From Haplodiscus bocki (taxonomy: Eukaryota), in the NCBI GenBank assembly GCA_965655095.1, contig OZ296649.1, forward strand, positions 60,822,001 to 60,886,000: DNA of 64,000 nucleotides, written 5' to 3'. A model generated the notes under the pieces. The model was not told the origin of the DNA and ran no database searches. It was given only the letters and a program-made list of their open reading frames with translations. Within the stretch, counting starts at the first letter, position 1; the number at the start of each line of letters is the position of its first letter. Positions 51,000 through 64,000 of the stretch are shown in pieces. A program made the translations under genes and the position numbers.

Positions 51000-53470
51000 A
51001 AAGATAGCTTTTAGCTACACCTCAAAACTTGAAAATTGCAGTAACTGCTCTACCGGATCGGTTCTGCACTCCACAGCCACAAGAACTACATGATTGAATT
51101 TTTGAAATTCTCAAGTTTGACTCGAAAACAGACATTCCGGAGAAGTTTTTTAGTAACTTTGCAAACAAAGGCAATGCAAGCCGACCTGGATCTGAATCCT
51201 CAGCCAGTCGGACCAATTGACGCATGTGCAGCCGGAGCGGCAATTCAACAATTTCAGTTTAATCAAGATACAGCTCGCGCGCAGAAATACCTTCTGCTGA
51301 AGAAGTAGGTTCAGTTCAAATTCGGCGTCAGTTTATCAAAATTATGCTTGGCTGGCTATGTGCAAAATTGCCCGAGCAACCGGATAAAACTACAGTCGAA
51401 GACTTATGTATTTTTTGACTAAAACAGGTATCCACTCGCAATCTCTGTGAAACAGATGACTGAGTGAGTTGTGCGTATAGTGAAAGGGGTCTCATTAACA
51501 GATTTACTCGTTACCGCCTTGACAAAACTGGGCTCTAGTCATGAAGCTATAGATAGTCGCCTCAATGAAACGTCCAAAAAATTCAAAGAACTCAATACTG
51601 CCTTAAGGAATCAGTTGAACAATTTTTTTTTTAAAAAAAAACAAATCGTAGCCGTCTCAGCGGAGCTCTTTTTCACAAAACCTCGATAAGTTCAGGAGGA
51701 ATATGTGGGAGTTTTCGAGGTTTTTTGCTGAAACAATCCAGGTTTCAGAGGATCTCGATTGAACTTTCAACGACCTCAATGGCAAAAGCAGCACCAGAAC
51801 AGTTAAACGCCTCGATAACAGTTGCAACAGAGTTTTTTCCAATCGCAAAATTTTTCCTCAGCTACAAACCTCATAGTTTCAATCGCGAAACCAAAATTTT
51901 CAACAAAAACAATTTCCAAGCTCAGCTCGAATCCCCAACCGAGGCCTGCATTAAGTTTTCACGTCTAATCGTAACTCTGTGCTGTATACACAGCAGTCAA
52001 CAACGGCCTGTCATAAATGTGGTTATCCTAATCACCTGGCAACTTAATACACTGTCAGAGGAAGTCCTCCAAGACACGGATGCAAACGACTCAACCCTAA
52101 TCATGTAAAGAAATCCGGTCAGAAATGGCAGATATTTTTCATCACTTCTCATACTGACCCGCCAGAAATGTGTGCTGTTTTGTTTCGAGGGAGAAAATCA
52201 GTTTTGTCTGACACTTTAAATTAAAGATCAATCCTTAATAGATGCAAGCTAATGTGCTGTGCTATCGCTCCGTGAATCTTTTTTTTTACTGAGCCCTTGT
52301 ATTCTCATTGCAAATTGATATTTGTCGAAAAACCGTCTTTTAAGTCTGTTTGAATGACCTCCAGTCAAAGAGTTCCGAAAAAGTCAAGCTCAACTTTCAT
52401 TCCCAATTCGACTTCATCGACGGCAAGATAGTTTGTTAGCTTTGCCTTCTATGAATCGTGTACTTCTTGGAAATCCTTTTTTTCACAAAGTGTAATAGCA
52501 CTGTTGATCTCCAACAAAACTTGTTGCCTTTGCCGCATATAACCGTTCAGTTGAATCAAATTCTTTCTGAATAGGGATAGTAACCGTTTTATACGGAAAA
52601 GGGACATATTTGGCCTCAATTTTAAGCACTCCTGGAGTGCCATTTGGCTAAGCATTCTGATCGGTATAAATCTTGTACACGCCTTGTTTTTCCCATTGGC
52701 CGACTCGAAGACAAACATTGTTTTGCTCTTATCTCGTCTCTTAGTACGATCGATGATGATAGTAGTGTTTGTTTCAGCCATGAACATTTTAGATAAGCAA
52801 TTTACACTAAATAATCAGAGAGAAAAAACGAATTGTGAAGTTTTAAACGTGGCACAGGTTGATAACCTAATCGACGTTGACCCTCAGTTGATTTGGTTTG
52901 CAGAATTGCGGAATCAGGATTCTTTTGAGGGCGAACTAAATCAGTTATTTGAAGAATTTGATTTTCAAAAAAGTGAAACACTTACAGGTTGTCCAGCTCC
53001 CGATTACTCAAAACTCAGTTTTCAATTCCAGAGACGTGTAATGATTTCTCTAAATTGTTATCTCTGCAAAGAGACATTTCTGATCAAATTTTGAAATTTC
53101 AGCGAATAAAAAAATACATCCTCGAAACAATGGGTCTGATGGATCTGAGTGTCTGAAAATTTTTTCATGAGACACTTTGTTCTGAACGCTGACAAGAAAA
53201 GAACTCGTCGATTTTTTCATTTGAATGCCATAATGTGTTCGCCAGACATCGCTTTGGTGTGGGTTATAACACAACTCAAGATTAAACTTTTGCCTGACCA
53301 GCCACTTCCGGTGTTTGTTCAAAGCCCACCAGCTCCAATTCACCTACGTTATGATTTTTTGGTTGAGCTCGCATTATTGCAATACTTTAACATTATAACA
53401 ATTTTATGAGGTTCCAAATACAGAAGTCCAATATTCGATCATCGCAAATCATCTGGAAAATTCAAGGAAA
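51000..53470 (+). mobile_element. Decayed Ty3/gypsy gag-protease-RT(N) remnant in the putative SLC30A9 intron
   Basis: Protease remnants LIDAS and LALPSMNRVLLGNPFF. RT N-terminus PVFVQSPPAPIHLRYDFLVELALLQYFNII...SKYRSPIF. Confidence 0.7.
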
Positions 53471-53774
53471 ACAACCAAAAAAAGTTGTGTGATAACTTGT
53501 ATAAATACATCTAAATTTAGGCATACTTGAGACGGTGCGCAACGCTGACCCTGAGTCTTCCCCGGTTGTTTTCCTATGCCCCACGATTTCTCTCAAGTTG
53601 TTCAATGTAACCATTTGTTTTCTGACTCATGTACAAAATAACATTTTTATCGGGACATTTTGGAGTAGGTTTTTCTTCGGTTTTCTTCATAGGTTTATGT
53701 TGACTGCATTATGAAGGAATTGAACTGGAAATAGCTTTTGAATCGAAGAATTTGAAATATTGCAGTTGTTTTAG

Positions 53775-53942
53775 GTGAAGCCCAAATCTCGTGCAAAATT
53801 CGATTATGATTTGACGAAGACAGATCGTAATTACATTACTCCTCTGAGGGCCATGCGCAACTATCACCTGGACCAAAGCCATCTTTCTGACTTGCCTCTC
53901 TGTTTAAGACGAAGTGCGGTTGCGAACAACAGTGTTATGAAA
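53775..53942 (+). CDS. SLC30A9: Zinc transporter ZnT9 exon (N-terminal domain); not in the ORF track
   Basis: TTTTAG|GTG...AAA|GTTTGT. RNYITPLRAMRNYHLDQSHLSDLPLCLRRS resembles the ZnT9 NFITxxRAxxEFxLxxxDLxxL...RRS segment. Confidence 0.85.
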
Positions 53943-53944
53943 GT

Positions 53945-54930
53945 TTGTTAACATTGTACCTTTAGTAGTCTTTTATGCATTGAGAAGTTCGAAATTACTG
54001 AGTTGATTAGAAGTCTAATCAACAATAAAAGTACACTTGTCGAAGTAATCAGGTGTGAAACTTTGATAGGAATTAATTATTCATAATTTTTATCATCATA
54101 AATCTCAATCACATCCATTGGGCGGATCATAAGTTTTTATGGAACACCTAACCGTGATAGTGAATACTGAGTAGATTGAAAATCGTTGTTGAGAGACCAT
54201 GCTCTGTGAATTCATGAAAAGAAATAAATTAGTGGTCTGGCTCGGTTACACATTGTTGTACATTTAGTACAGCCTTTTGAACATTGAAAAGGATGTAACT
54301 ACTGAGTGAATTTGAAATCTAATCAATGGTATAAAAATACATTCCTCGAAGCAATGAGCAGTGAAAGCTTTGATAAGAAGTTTTCATCCAGAGTTTTTTA
54401 TCCGGCCAAATTACGTCCTCTCAGCGCATCAGAATTTTATATGGAGCACCTAACCGTGGTAGTGAATACTGAGTGAATTGAAAATCGTTGTTGAGAGACC
54501 ATGCTCTGGGAATTTTTGAAAAACAAGATTAATGGTCTGCATCGGGTACGCTTTGTTGTACCTTTAGTAGTCGTTTGAACATTGTTTTACCTGTAGTACA
54601 ATCTCTTATAGATTGAAAAGTATTTAATTTCTGAGTGAATTTGAAATCTAATCAGTGGTAAAATACATTGGTACATGCAATCAGCAGTGAAAGCTTTGAT
54701 AAGAAGTAAATTTTCATAATTTTTCTCAAGTCAGTTTCCAATTACATCCTCTCAGTGCATTAGTTTTTTATGGAACATCTGATCGTGGTACTGGGTACTG
54801 AGTGAATTGAAAATAGTTGTTGAGGGACCCGCTCTGTTAACTATGAAAAAGTAGATCGGTAGTCTGGTTCGCGTACGCATTGTTGTACCTTTATTAGAGC
54901 CTTATGAGCATTGTTATACCTTAATACAGT
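53945..54930. repeat. Diverged ~300-bp tandem repeat, ~3 copies
   Basis: TTTATGGAACACCTAACCGTG...TACTGAGT..ATTGAAAAT.GTTGTTGAG.GACC at ~54136, ~54437 and ~54766. Confidence 0.8.
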
Positions 54931-55527
54931 CGTTTTATTCAGTCTGAATGAAATGAAGAATTGTATTGGAAACCGGCTTTTGTAGTTTTTTATCCTGGCC
55001 AAAACGAGTATTTTTTGACAAAACTTATATCTAGTCATGGAATGTAAACATTCTAAACTGGACTTTTTGGCAGGTACTTGTTCATTTTCACGTTGTTCAT
55101 TGTGCTAACTTCTTAAACGCTGGAAGCAAAATGGCGCAACTTGGAAAGCCATGATTGATATAGTAATTTTCAACCTTTTAAATGTTAAAACATTGGGCTG
55201 CAAAATTGAGAATCTAGAAATACATGATTGACCGATCAACTTTTCGAGTTTTAGACACCGTGACAAGGATTTGTCTCAAGTCGACTTTTTGGAAAAACTT
55301 TTTGATATACATGCAGTATTTTTATAAGTGTCAATCATGTATCCGATCAAGTTTCAAATGTCTCTCAGTACATTTGATGTGTAAACTTTATTTTTGATCT
55401 CAACTGACTAGTCAGAATGTGTTGCGAAGTTACGCTTCGCTTCTTTGTATACTTTGAAAAATATGTAATTACTGAGTAAATTGGAAATCCAATCGATGTA
55501 CACTGGTAGAAGTTATCAGTAATAGTA

Positions 55528-56308
55528 CAATACTGTGATAAAGAAATGGACTATGAGGCTGTGAAAAAGAAATGGGACAGCAGGATATCTAAAAATTTAG
55601 CCAACTTACAAGGAAATTTCAGGAACAAAGGTTTCTTAGATTTTTACGTAGTTTACAATGTTTTTTGTTCGAAAGAAATTGGATTAATATAATAGAAGAC
55701 AGGGACTCGCAGTTTTACTCCTGAAGCCGTCTTTTTTTGCAAATCTTGACATATTTAATGCATTTTAACCCATTTGGGAAGAAATTCGGCTTCGAGCCTA
55801 ACATCCCTCAACTTCTGAAAAGTAGAAAGTGCTTTTTAACCCAAAAAGTCTGTCATTTTCATGAAAATCGACTGTTCAGACAGAGAAGTTTGCTTCTACA
55901 TGTATAAAGATAGGGTATAGCACTTTTTGCATGAAACTTGTCGATTCTCTCTTCAATTTTTCGCAATTTCAAAAATTCAAATATACTCCTATGCCCAAAA
56001 AATGATAAGATATCGGCTCATAGCAAAAGAAATTGAAAATTTAATTTCTTACATGAGCAAATATGAGATTTTTGAAGAAAATTGTGAGAAATAACAGTTT
56101 AGGAGGGGTTTGCAAACCATCTAGTATTAGGACCTTCAAGCTTTTGAGATCAATTTTGTTAGCACAAATCTTGAAAGGCAAACAATAAGAAGAGGTTGTG
56201 TTAATTAAACCCAGGATAACTTGCCTACATTGACTGTAAAACGACAAAAACTAAAGTGTCCCATTTCTTTTTCACAGCCTTATGTTCCATTTCTTTATCT
56301 CAGTACTG
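55528..56308. mobile_element. Tc1/mariner-type MITE
   Basis: ~60-bp imperfect TIRs (CAATACTGTGATAAAGAAATGG...GGGACA / TGTCCC...CCATTTCTTTATCTCAGTACTG), flanked by TA. Confidence 0.85.
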
Positions 56309-56710
56309 TACTTTTTCAAACTTTTCAGATTTTGAGCTTCAAAAATGCTCCCCCTAATTGACATGACAAGTTCACTTTTATTTCAATTTTCATGTAAACG
56401 CTCATTTTGCATGGTGTGTGCTGAACTTCACATGACAAAAGGCAAAAATGGAATTGAAGAAAATTTACAAACCATTTTGCTTCAATGAGGCAGAGGGGCC
56501 GGGCCCTCTTCGAGTGGGGAGCCCGTGGAAAGTGCTGGATTCACAAAATAGTGAAAATTTTTCGTGAAACAGGTTCAACCAGAAGCTGTTCTAACTTAAC
56601 TTTGTATTATGAGTTATAAAATTGAAATAGGAAATTGCTCTATTTGAATTTTTTTATCAGTGTTTTACCTTCTGAGGTTTTGTTTTTAAAAGTAAAATTG
56701 ACTGCTTCAG

Positions 56711-56890
56711 GTATACAACATACGAGATGTGGAGAAAAAGGCAGTGAGCATTCATGGGAGTCTCGAACGAATAGCCAAATTAGAAGCAGAAAGATTGAAA
56801 GTGGAAAATGATCTGAAACACTTGAAGTTTTTATATAGCAAAGCTGGTGAAGCCAGTGCTGCGAAACCTGACAAGAGTGTTGTTCTTGAC
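56711..56890 (+). CDS. SLC30A9: Zinc transporter ZnT9 exon
   Basis: CTTCAG|GTA...GAC|GTAAGT. VYNIRDVEKKAVSIHGSLERIA matches the ZnT9 VYLRSDVEAKSLEVWGSPEALA-type segment. Confidence 0.87.
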
Positions 56891-56940
56891 GTAAGTTGTT
56901 CAAACATGGCCACATCTTCAGGATCGCACACAGTGATGAC

Positions 56941-57375
56941 TAGGGCAAGGCAAATTTTGACCTAAAAATTGCTTGATTAGGTCTAAAAAATTGACTTTAT
57001 TTTGTCCTCATTTTGACTTTATTTTGACCTAAAAACAGCCAAATTCACCTTAAATAGCTGATTTTTTTCACGAAAAATTAGACAGGTTATTCAAACTTTC
57101 ATTCATTGTTCACATAAAGTGCGACATAAAAGGTCAGATTTTTATCTGGAAGTGACCTGTCTTTTTGTAGCAGCTTTCTCATGTTGCGACAGAGTTCGCT
57201 TAGGCATAGTTTACTGAAACTCAAAGCAAACTTTGTAGAGCAAACAACCTGCATCTGTTGAGCAAATACCATGTGAGTAACGTGAATAGCTCACTTCGAG
57301 GCCATTTTGACCTGATTTTGACCTATAAGCTTATTTGGCCATCATATTAACTTTATTGACCTATGCCTTGCCCTA
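56941..57375. mobile_element. hAT-type MITE
   Basis: TIR TAGGGCAAGGCA / TGCCTTGCCCTA with a perfect 8-bp TSD GTGATGAC. Confidence 0.9.
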
Positions 57376-57384
57376 GTGATGACG

Positions 57385-57450
57385 AATTGCATAGCAGTGT
57401 ATTGACTAATTGCATAGCAGTGTATTGACTAATTGCATAGCAGTGTATTA
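57385..57450. repeat. 23-bp tandem repeat, 3 copies
   Basis: AATTGCATAGCAGTGTATTGACT. Confidence 0.9.
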
Positions 57451-57867
57451 TACAGCTAGCTAATAGCGACAGCGGTTCGCCAAGCGGATTGGCGGCTCTG
57501 AATTGAAAAATCGGCCTCTTAGCGAATATTTGGATTGTAACATTTCAGAGTATTATTTGACATAGTGAATGAAACTTTAGAATAGCTGAGAAAATCGGTG
57601 CGAGATTTCAACAAAATCCTTTTATTTTTCTTGAAAGGAAAAAAATCATGGCTAGAAATTCTCACTCTAAATATTATATCCCTAAGTTCGGCAAAATTTA
57701 GTTGAGATTTTCCCGAATTTAGTGGCCAATTAGCGGTTGCTTTCAAATGCGGTATAGCGGTCCCCAGATAAGCGGTATTAGTGATTAGCGATTTTCATTA
57801 GCGATGCAATACATTGTTGCATAGAAGATTTGAATTTTGAATCGACTATCAAGAATTAAATCTTATA

Positions 57868-58275
57868 CACTCATTATCTTTTATAAGAACAATTTTATAA
57901 GAACATGAGGGTCTGAAAATCTTTTTCATTAAGAACACTCAAGAACAATTCAGGCTCAAAATTACTCAAAAAGTGTAATTTTCAGACAATTATAATTCTG
58001 GATCTCCAATGCTAATTTTTTATTAAAACATAGTTTTTGTTTACCCGATGGTATCAAAAAATTAGCAGAGGCGCAATTTTGTTTGTTGAGTTACATGTAG
58101 CAGTCGCTGAACAGTACTAATTAATAGCTGCAGTAGAACTCATTATTTTCTTAGGCTGACCGATAATTACGTCATACATGTAGACTAAGAACAATTGAGG
58201 CTCAATTCGCTGTTTTCGTCTGGAACAAATGAGGCTCGATTCCAATAAGTGTGTTCTTATGAAGAATAATGGGTG
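57868..58275. mobile_element. TA-flanked MITE
   Basis: CACTCATTATCTTTTATAAGAAC / GTTCTTATGAAGAATAATGGGTG, with TA on both sides. Confidence 0.75.
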
Positions 58276-58992
58276 TATCCTATCCTATGTAAAATGGAGA
58301 TAGTGAACCGTGTCTCGGCCTTTTAACACTCACAATCTTTCTGGCGTCATTGTCGAAATACCGAAGCCAGCAACTGTAAATAGCGAGTCAATAGAAAAGC
58401 GAGATTAAACTCAGAGAGAGTGTTTCGGCAATTACATCATGATGATCATGCCAAATGAAGAAAGTGAGTGAGTTCTTCATGTCGCCCGCTATATTCGCTC
58501 GTCTCCTTCATTCATTCAGCGTGATAATAGTGATTTGGAAGCCGAATAAAAACGTGAACAGATGTTTAACATGTCTGGAACAGATTGAAAAATTAATTTG
58601 CCGATCTAGCAGAAGGGTTTGCTTGTATGTTTAAATGGACGTGAAGCGGTGTTTAAGTCAGCGAATCAAAATTGGTACATTTTCAATTCGGCACGTATTG
58701 GGCTTATCAAACTTGAAAACAAAGTAGGGCCTTGTATCCTGATTTTAGTCTGCACTTTCTATTTTTAACTTTATTCCGTTGACATTTTCACTACTTTTGA
58801 GTCGATCAACTCTTCTTGTTGACTTATCGTAAATTTACCTTTGCACTAACCAAAAAGTTAAAAAAAAACACAAGAAGTCTTAAGATGCTGTTTCGATACC
58901 CGGGTCAGTAGTGGTGTCCTATAGTTGGCTCAATAAGCGTCGACGCTGGGGTTTGAGCCAAGAAAGTGGAATAATTTCCTTCCATGTTTCAG

Positions 58993-59086
58993 TCAATTGC
59001 TCACAAGTCTCTCTGGGTCGTGAAGATGGCTGTCTTGGTAAACGCTGTCAATGCAGCTGGCAAGTTTGCCGCTTTTGCTGTATCAG
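58993..59086 (+). CDS. SLC30A9: Zinc transporter ZnT9 exon (TM1)
   Basis: TTTCAG|TCA...TCA G|GTAATT. VVKMAVLVNAVNAAGKFAAFAVSG is typical of CDF TM1. Confidence 0.85.
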
Positions 59087-60275
59087 GTAATTAAATAATC
59101 ACCTATTTCAAATGAATACTGCAATCATCAAATTGGATCGAAACCAATACATTTTGATTGAGGTCGAAGCTAGATGACCGGCTGCCATCGGCGTTTCCGC
59201 CCTCCAACCATGTTAAAGATTCCGCCTTTTTACCATTTTAGAAGTATTACCATTTTACACGCTTTCTACAGCAACCTTTCCACCTTTTTCCATTTTTGGA
59301 AAACAAAAGTTTTTACTTCAAAAAACCCAACTTTTCTGTGAAAAGTCCTATTTTTGACAGTATCCAAGAAATGTTACTCTTTCATTTGCATTCTACAGCG
59401 AATTTGCTATAACTTGGTGAATAGAAATCATGCAATTGGCTAGTATACGTTAATAATACAAGCCGCGAAGGGCTCAAGATGGCACCGCCCGTAAGACGCA
59501 ATATATCCATGGGGGTCCTTTGTTTGTTTGTAAAAAATAGTTGCTTTTTGGATAAATTTGGTGTAATCACGTTTTTTGGTACAAAATTTGTCGCATTTTT
59601 TTCTGAAATTCGTCGAAAATTTTTACCAAAATCTGAAAATTTTTAGAAATTTTACGATGTTTTGTCTGAGAAAGACCGTTCTTTGCAGAAAATTTTTGGG
59701 TATATGGTGGCATCATAGAAAAATGTTGCACCGAGGTACCGAATTCTTTGTGCTTAGTACATTTTCGCATTCCTGGCTTGTATAGTAAAATGCTTGTTTC
59801 TTCTTCATCCACTCTTCGCTTGAATGCGTCTCTCAATTTTTGCCGGAAAAACGGTAAAAAGAACTAGCCTCTGCAATGTCGGGCACTTTTATTTAATTGT
59901 AATGCACAGACTAAAGACGCACGCCGCGTGTACTTGATTTTCCTTGTATATTTATATAGGCGGAAAATAATGAGCAGTTGGATTGTATGAGAAGCATGGA
60001 ACAGCGGAAGTCGAAACACCTTGTATGTCATACTCGGAAGGGAATTATTTTAGTCGACTTTTTTATCTTGCGGTGCCGAAATACTTTGTTTTGGAAAGTT
60101 TCAGTCCACTGAAGAGTTCTAAGCAGTCCTTAGAATTTCTGTATTTTGTACGAAAAATGAATCGAGTCGGAAGCAGCTCATGCGTCGTACGATAAAATAT
60201 AGTGGCAATAGTTGGGAATTTTTATGACCAAAAGTGCCGACTAAAATGTATCTTTTTGAAGGGCGGATGTTTTAG

Positions 60276-60483
60276 GCTCCAGTGCAATGTTTGCGGAAGC
60301 TATCCATTCCTGTGCAGACACTTTGAATCAATGCATTTTGCTATTTGGGAAACTTAAGTCGTCCAAGAAAGCAGACGACGATCATCCGTACGGCTACAGC
60401 AGCTTACAAAATGTAACTGCTCTAATAAGCGGTTGTGCTGTTTTCTGTCTTGGATCTGGGCTTTCCTATTATCATGGAATCAG
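60276..60483 (+). CDS. SLC30A9: Zinc transporter ZnT9 exon (TM2-TM3)
   Basis: TTTAG|GC completes the Gly codon. Contains the CDF motifs SSAMFAEAIHSCADTLNQ and HPYGY. Donor AG|GTTGG. Confidence 0.93.
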
Positions 60484-60789
60484 GTTGGATGATTATCCTA
60501 CCGGTTTATTGCGATTTTCCCTTTTATATTTTAGTTAAAGCTCAAAGTGAAGAGCTTTTGAGGAGACCCATTTTCATTTGTATCAAAAACTTCTTCACCT
60601 AGATTATACAGAGATACTAAGTCTAATTGAAAAGACTAAAAACATAGACACTAAAGAGCTTAGTAAAAGCTCAAAAAAGGAAAAACGTGCCATTGCTTTT
60701 CCTTGGTACTTCGGTGCCTCAGGGATTCTATACAAAGGTAAGGACTTGAATTCAACCAGTTATCTTGAAAAAACGCAGATTTTCAAGTA

Positions 60790-61530
60790 TTAAGATGAAA
60801 AAATCTATCGAAAAACTTTCTGACCGCAACCACAAAAAAAACTTAGTAATACATTGGAGTCTCCAGGATTTATGATTAAAATTCGACAAAATGTCTTCAA
60901 ATAGCCAAAAATAAACCAAATTTTCATTTTTTTTTGGCAGAAAACCAATTGAAAAATTGTCTGACCGCAGCCAAAATGTAGTATGTACTATATTGGAATC
61001 TCGTTATGCATCTGGAAATTTTTGGTCGTTTTGTTAGTTGTCTTCCAGGATCTAGGATATAATCCTATAAAGTTCGACACAGTATCTTCAGATAGCCAAA
61101 AATACACCGATTTTCAAGAATTTTCACTACATCCTGAAGGTAACGAAAATTTTGTGAATGAAAGACTGGAGTCCCTTTCTTTCTGTCGATGAAAAAATGA
61201 AGTAGTTAGAAAACCGATGTGCCAAGATAAAAATTCAACTTGACGAAATTCGAAACGCCCAAAAGTAGCTCAATTTTTACGGTTTTTTTGCAGAAAAGTT
61301 GATCGAATAAACTTGGGACTGTTACGAAAATTCATTATTTGATAAAACAGAGTCTCCTGATTAAGCTCGTGCAAAAATTTAGATGACTTGGAAGCCTGTA
61401 TGCGAGAATAAACTACTCTCAATTTGACAGAGTATCATCGAAGTAGCCTAAGTCAGTTTCGCGCAAAACTTTCAAAAACTGTCGGACCACAACCAAAACT
61501 TAGTATACAGATTAGAGTCTTGTCATAACT
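60790..61530. repeat. Diverged tandem repeat
   Basis: Recurrent TGACCGCA.CCAAAA...TAGTA...ATTGGA.TCTC units. Confidence 0.6.
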
Positions 61531-62830
61531 TTTTTCTTCCAAAAATCAGAAAAATCTTGAAATAGGTGACGAAATATTGAGCTTCGAACAAAATTATTGA
61601 GCTAAAAATGGAGCAGGAAGATAAAATATAGGTGCTAAAAGTAAGCGCAAGTGATTCGACACTTCATGCACACGTATGGCGCCTTTGAAGCTGTTCAATT
61701 CTGAGTGAACGAAGGTATTGAAAGAATGTCTGTCAAAGAGTTTAGGCTAAAAGCGGTGCTTCTGAGAACAAACGCTTCTGTGAACGATTTCCAATAAGTT
61801 CAAAAGTTTGTAGGCTTTCGCTGTTTCTTTGAGCCCTTTTCTGCAATACCCTATTGTAACATTAGTTGTGAAGAGTACAGTTATTATTCTTCACATCAGA
61901 TTAAGTAAGCAAATTGTAACTTCAACATCCATCCATCCATGGTCATTGGCTGAAATATATTTCGGCTGATGATTTAGAGCGGAAAAATGACAGCATGAAT
62001 AATTTGATCTTAGTGATGGAGACATACTTCGCAGGAAGCTTCAGTTAGTATATATGAAGTTCTGGAAAGTTAATAGGGCTTAAGAATGACGGCACATAAA
62101 CAAACAAAACTTTGCATTACGGATTTTTTGTGATACCCCCACCATTAAAAAGGCGAAGATGCGATGATCCGGTGTCTCCAAATTCTGGGCACCCTAACAG
62201 TCTGTGAAAGTTATATGGTTTTTTGCTTGCAGTTAATTTGGTAGAAAAAATCTTTTTTCGCACGTTTATATCATAGTTTAACCTAAAAATAGGCAATACT
62301 GATTTTTTGAGTTATACTCGAGATAAAAACATTGCAGCAGTTGCGGCATTTATAATTGCTCGGACTTTAGAACACAATTATATGAAAGAGCACGGACCAA
62401 TAACGCACCAAACTACCACAGCAATTGCATGACCTTCCCAGAAAAGCCTATGTTTGCTTAGCCCCAGGTAACTTGATACCTTGATGAAACCACATTGCAG
62501 AAAATAACTCATAACTCGATATAGTCTGATGTTTATAACTCATAACTCGACTTAAACTCGGTTATTTACTCCGGCGCGAAAAAACAGAAAAATTTTAACC
62601 ATCCGAAAGTTTTTGATGTTCTTGATGGAAAATCAAAAATCCTCAAATAATTCAGTAAAAGGTCTCGAACGTTGAAAATTTGTCAAAATGTTACGCAAAG
62701 AAAAACCTTTCTCCGGTCGCCTAAAACAATCCCAATCTGCAGAGTTCTACCTATGCTGAAAAGTTATCGAAAATGTAAGTTCTAATATTTTCATAATTTA
62801 CACCTTATGGAGGTTCAAATTTTGTTTCAG

Positions 62831-63189
62831 TATGCTATTACACCCTGTGCCTGTGACGAATTTTTCTTTTTCTTTTGGAATGTTGACTTTCGCTCTTCTC
62901 ACCGAAAGCACTACACTTGCCTTAGCCTATAAACATTTACGTGCCAATGCGAAAGCCGAAGGACAAAACATATTCACTTACATTTCACGAAGCAATGATC
63001 CAGCCGTCAATGTCATCTTCTGCGAGGATGCTGCAGCTGTCTTCGGAATATTTATTGCCGGTGGGACTATGGCTTTAACGTCAGTCACGGGGTCTCCTCT
63101 CTGGGATGCTTTTGGATCCATTGCAGTGGGCACGTTGTTGGCACTTGTTTCGGGATACATCGTCAATACAAATGCCAGAGTTTTACTCG
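62831..63189 (+). CDS. SLC30A9: Zinc transporter ZnT9 exon (TM4-TM6); gene continues beyond the window
   Basis: TTTCAG|T completes the Ser codon. Contains DPAVNVIFCEDAAAVFG and WDAFGSIAVGTLL. Donor near G|GTTGGT; the end is approximate. Confidence 0.92.
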
Positions 63190-63305
63190 GTTGGTTTGTC
63201 AAATTGATCAATTTGAGGTTTCATCGATATCGAAGGAGAATGTATTCGACATTATTGGGACATGCTTTGATCTTTTTTTCGAGACATTCGAAAAGTCAAG
63301 TTGTA

Positions 63306-64000
63306 CAGTAGTGATTTTAATTAATGCGACTAAGCAATTTTGATACGCTTTACAAAATCCTAAGTAGAGAAGTAAATAATAGGAGATTAGAGTAAACAAA
63401 GTTACTCTGAGAAAGCTCATTAAAAGGGCTGCCACATGGTTATTTCATTTGCCAAAACAAGTACTTCAAAAGATGTAGAAACTCGCGTCCCAAAGTTAAG
63501 TAAATAAACTATGCAAGCATTGCGAATATTGACTAATTTTGGCAGTTTTCCTAAAAAATCTTGACAATGACGCCAAATAGCAAGAAACAAATTACATAAT
63601 TTGTTAGTTTTGGTTATTCCCCAGAGCTTTTATCTTTAACACTTTTTGCACAACTTTGAATTTTCAGAAGAAATTGCAAAAAGTAAAAGTCTAATTTTAA
63701 CATCCTATTTTAATACATTGATTTCCAAATTTAGTAGATTCAAGATGAATTTTGGAATAGTTTTTGAAAACTTTTCTGCCGACAGATGATATCAGCTGTC
63801 GCAGAAACATCAGAGGCATCTATTGATGAAGTAAAATTCCATTATTAATTTTTTAAAGTTACGAAATTCTCGAAAGAATCGAAATTTTGGCCAAAAACAC
63901 ATTTTCTAGTTTTGTCTCTATTCTTTGGAAATTTTTTCGAACAAACACCGTTATAATCTCCTAAAATTTCTAAGAATTTGTTTTGTCTTGCTATAGATTA
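63306..64000. mobile_element. Same DNA-transposon family in the opposite orientation, runs off the window
   Basis: TA|CAGTAGTGATTTTAATTAA start. Colinear with the reverse complement of ~860-1550. Confidence 0.8.

Overview
This is AT-rich, intron-containing animal genomic DNA, not prokaryotic. The repeat families resemble those I associate with acoel worms, but that is a low-confidence impression. Two host genes point away from each other. On the minus strand is a clan-3 cytochrome P450, with four coding exons traced with compatible splice phases; the remaining exons apparently lie left of the window. On the plus strand is SLC30A9/ZnT9, with five clear exons plus a candidate first coding exon, continuing past the right edge. 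The space between and within these genes is mostly transposable-element debris. It includes a CR1/L2-type LINE split by a 10.6-kb Ty3/gypsy element with ~1.85-kb LTRs, a solo LTR with a perfect 5-bp TSD, two further decayed gypsy elements, a second LINE fragment, several MITEs, tRNA-derived SINE-like heads, tandem repeats and virus-like fragments (SF3-helicase-like and pPolB-like). The most notable observation is a cargo cassette between integrase and the 3' LTR of the gypsy element. It carries a TRAF-type MATH domain, a GC-rich antisense ORF preceded by its own splice acceptor, and a small Cys-containing ORF. The host LINE also appears to carry a separate SGNH-esterase-like ORF upstream of a PHD-finger ORF1. 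All protein family calls come from motif recognition by eye and need HMM or structure confirmation.
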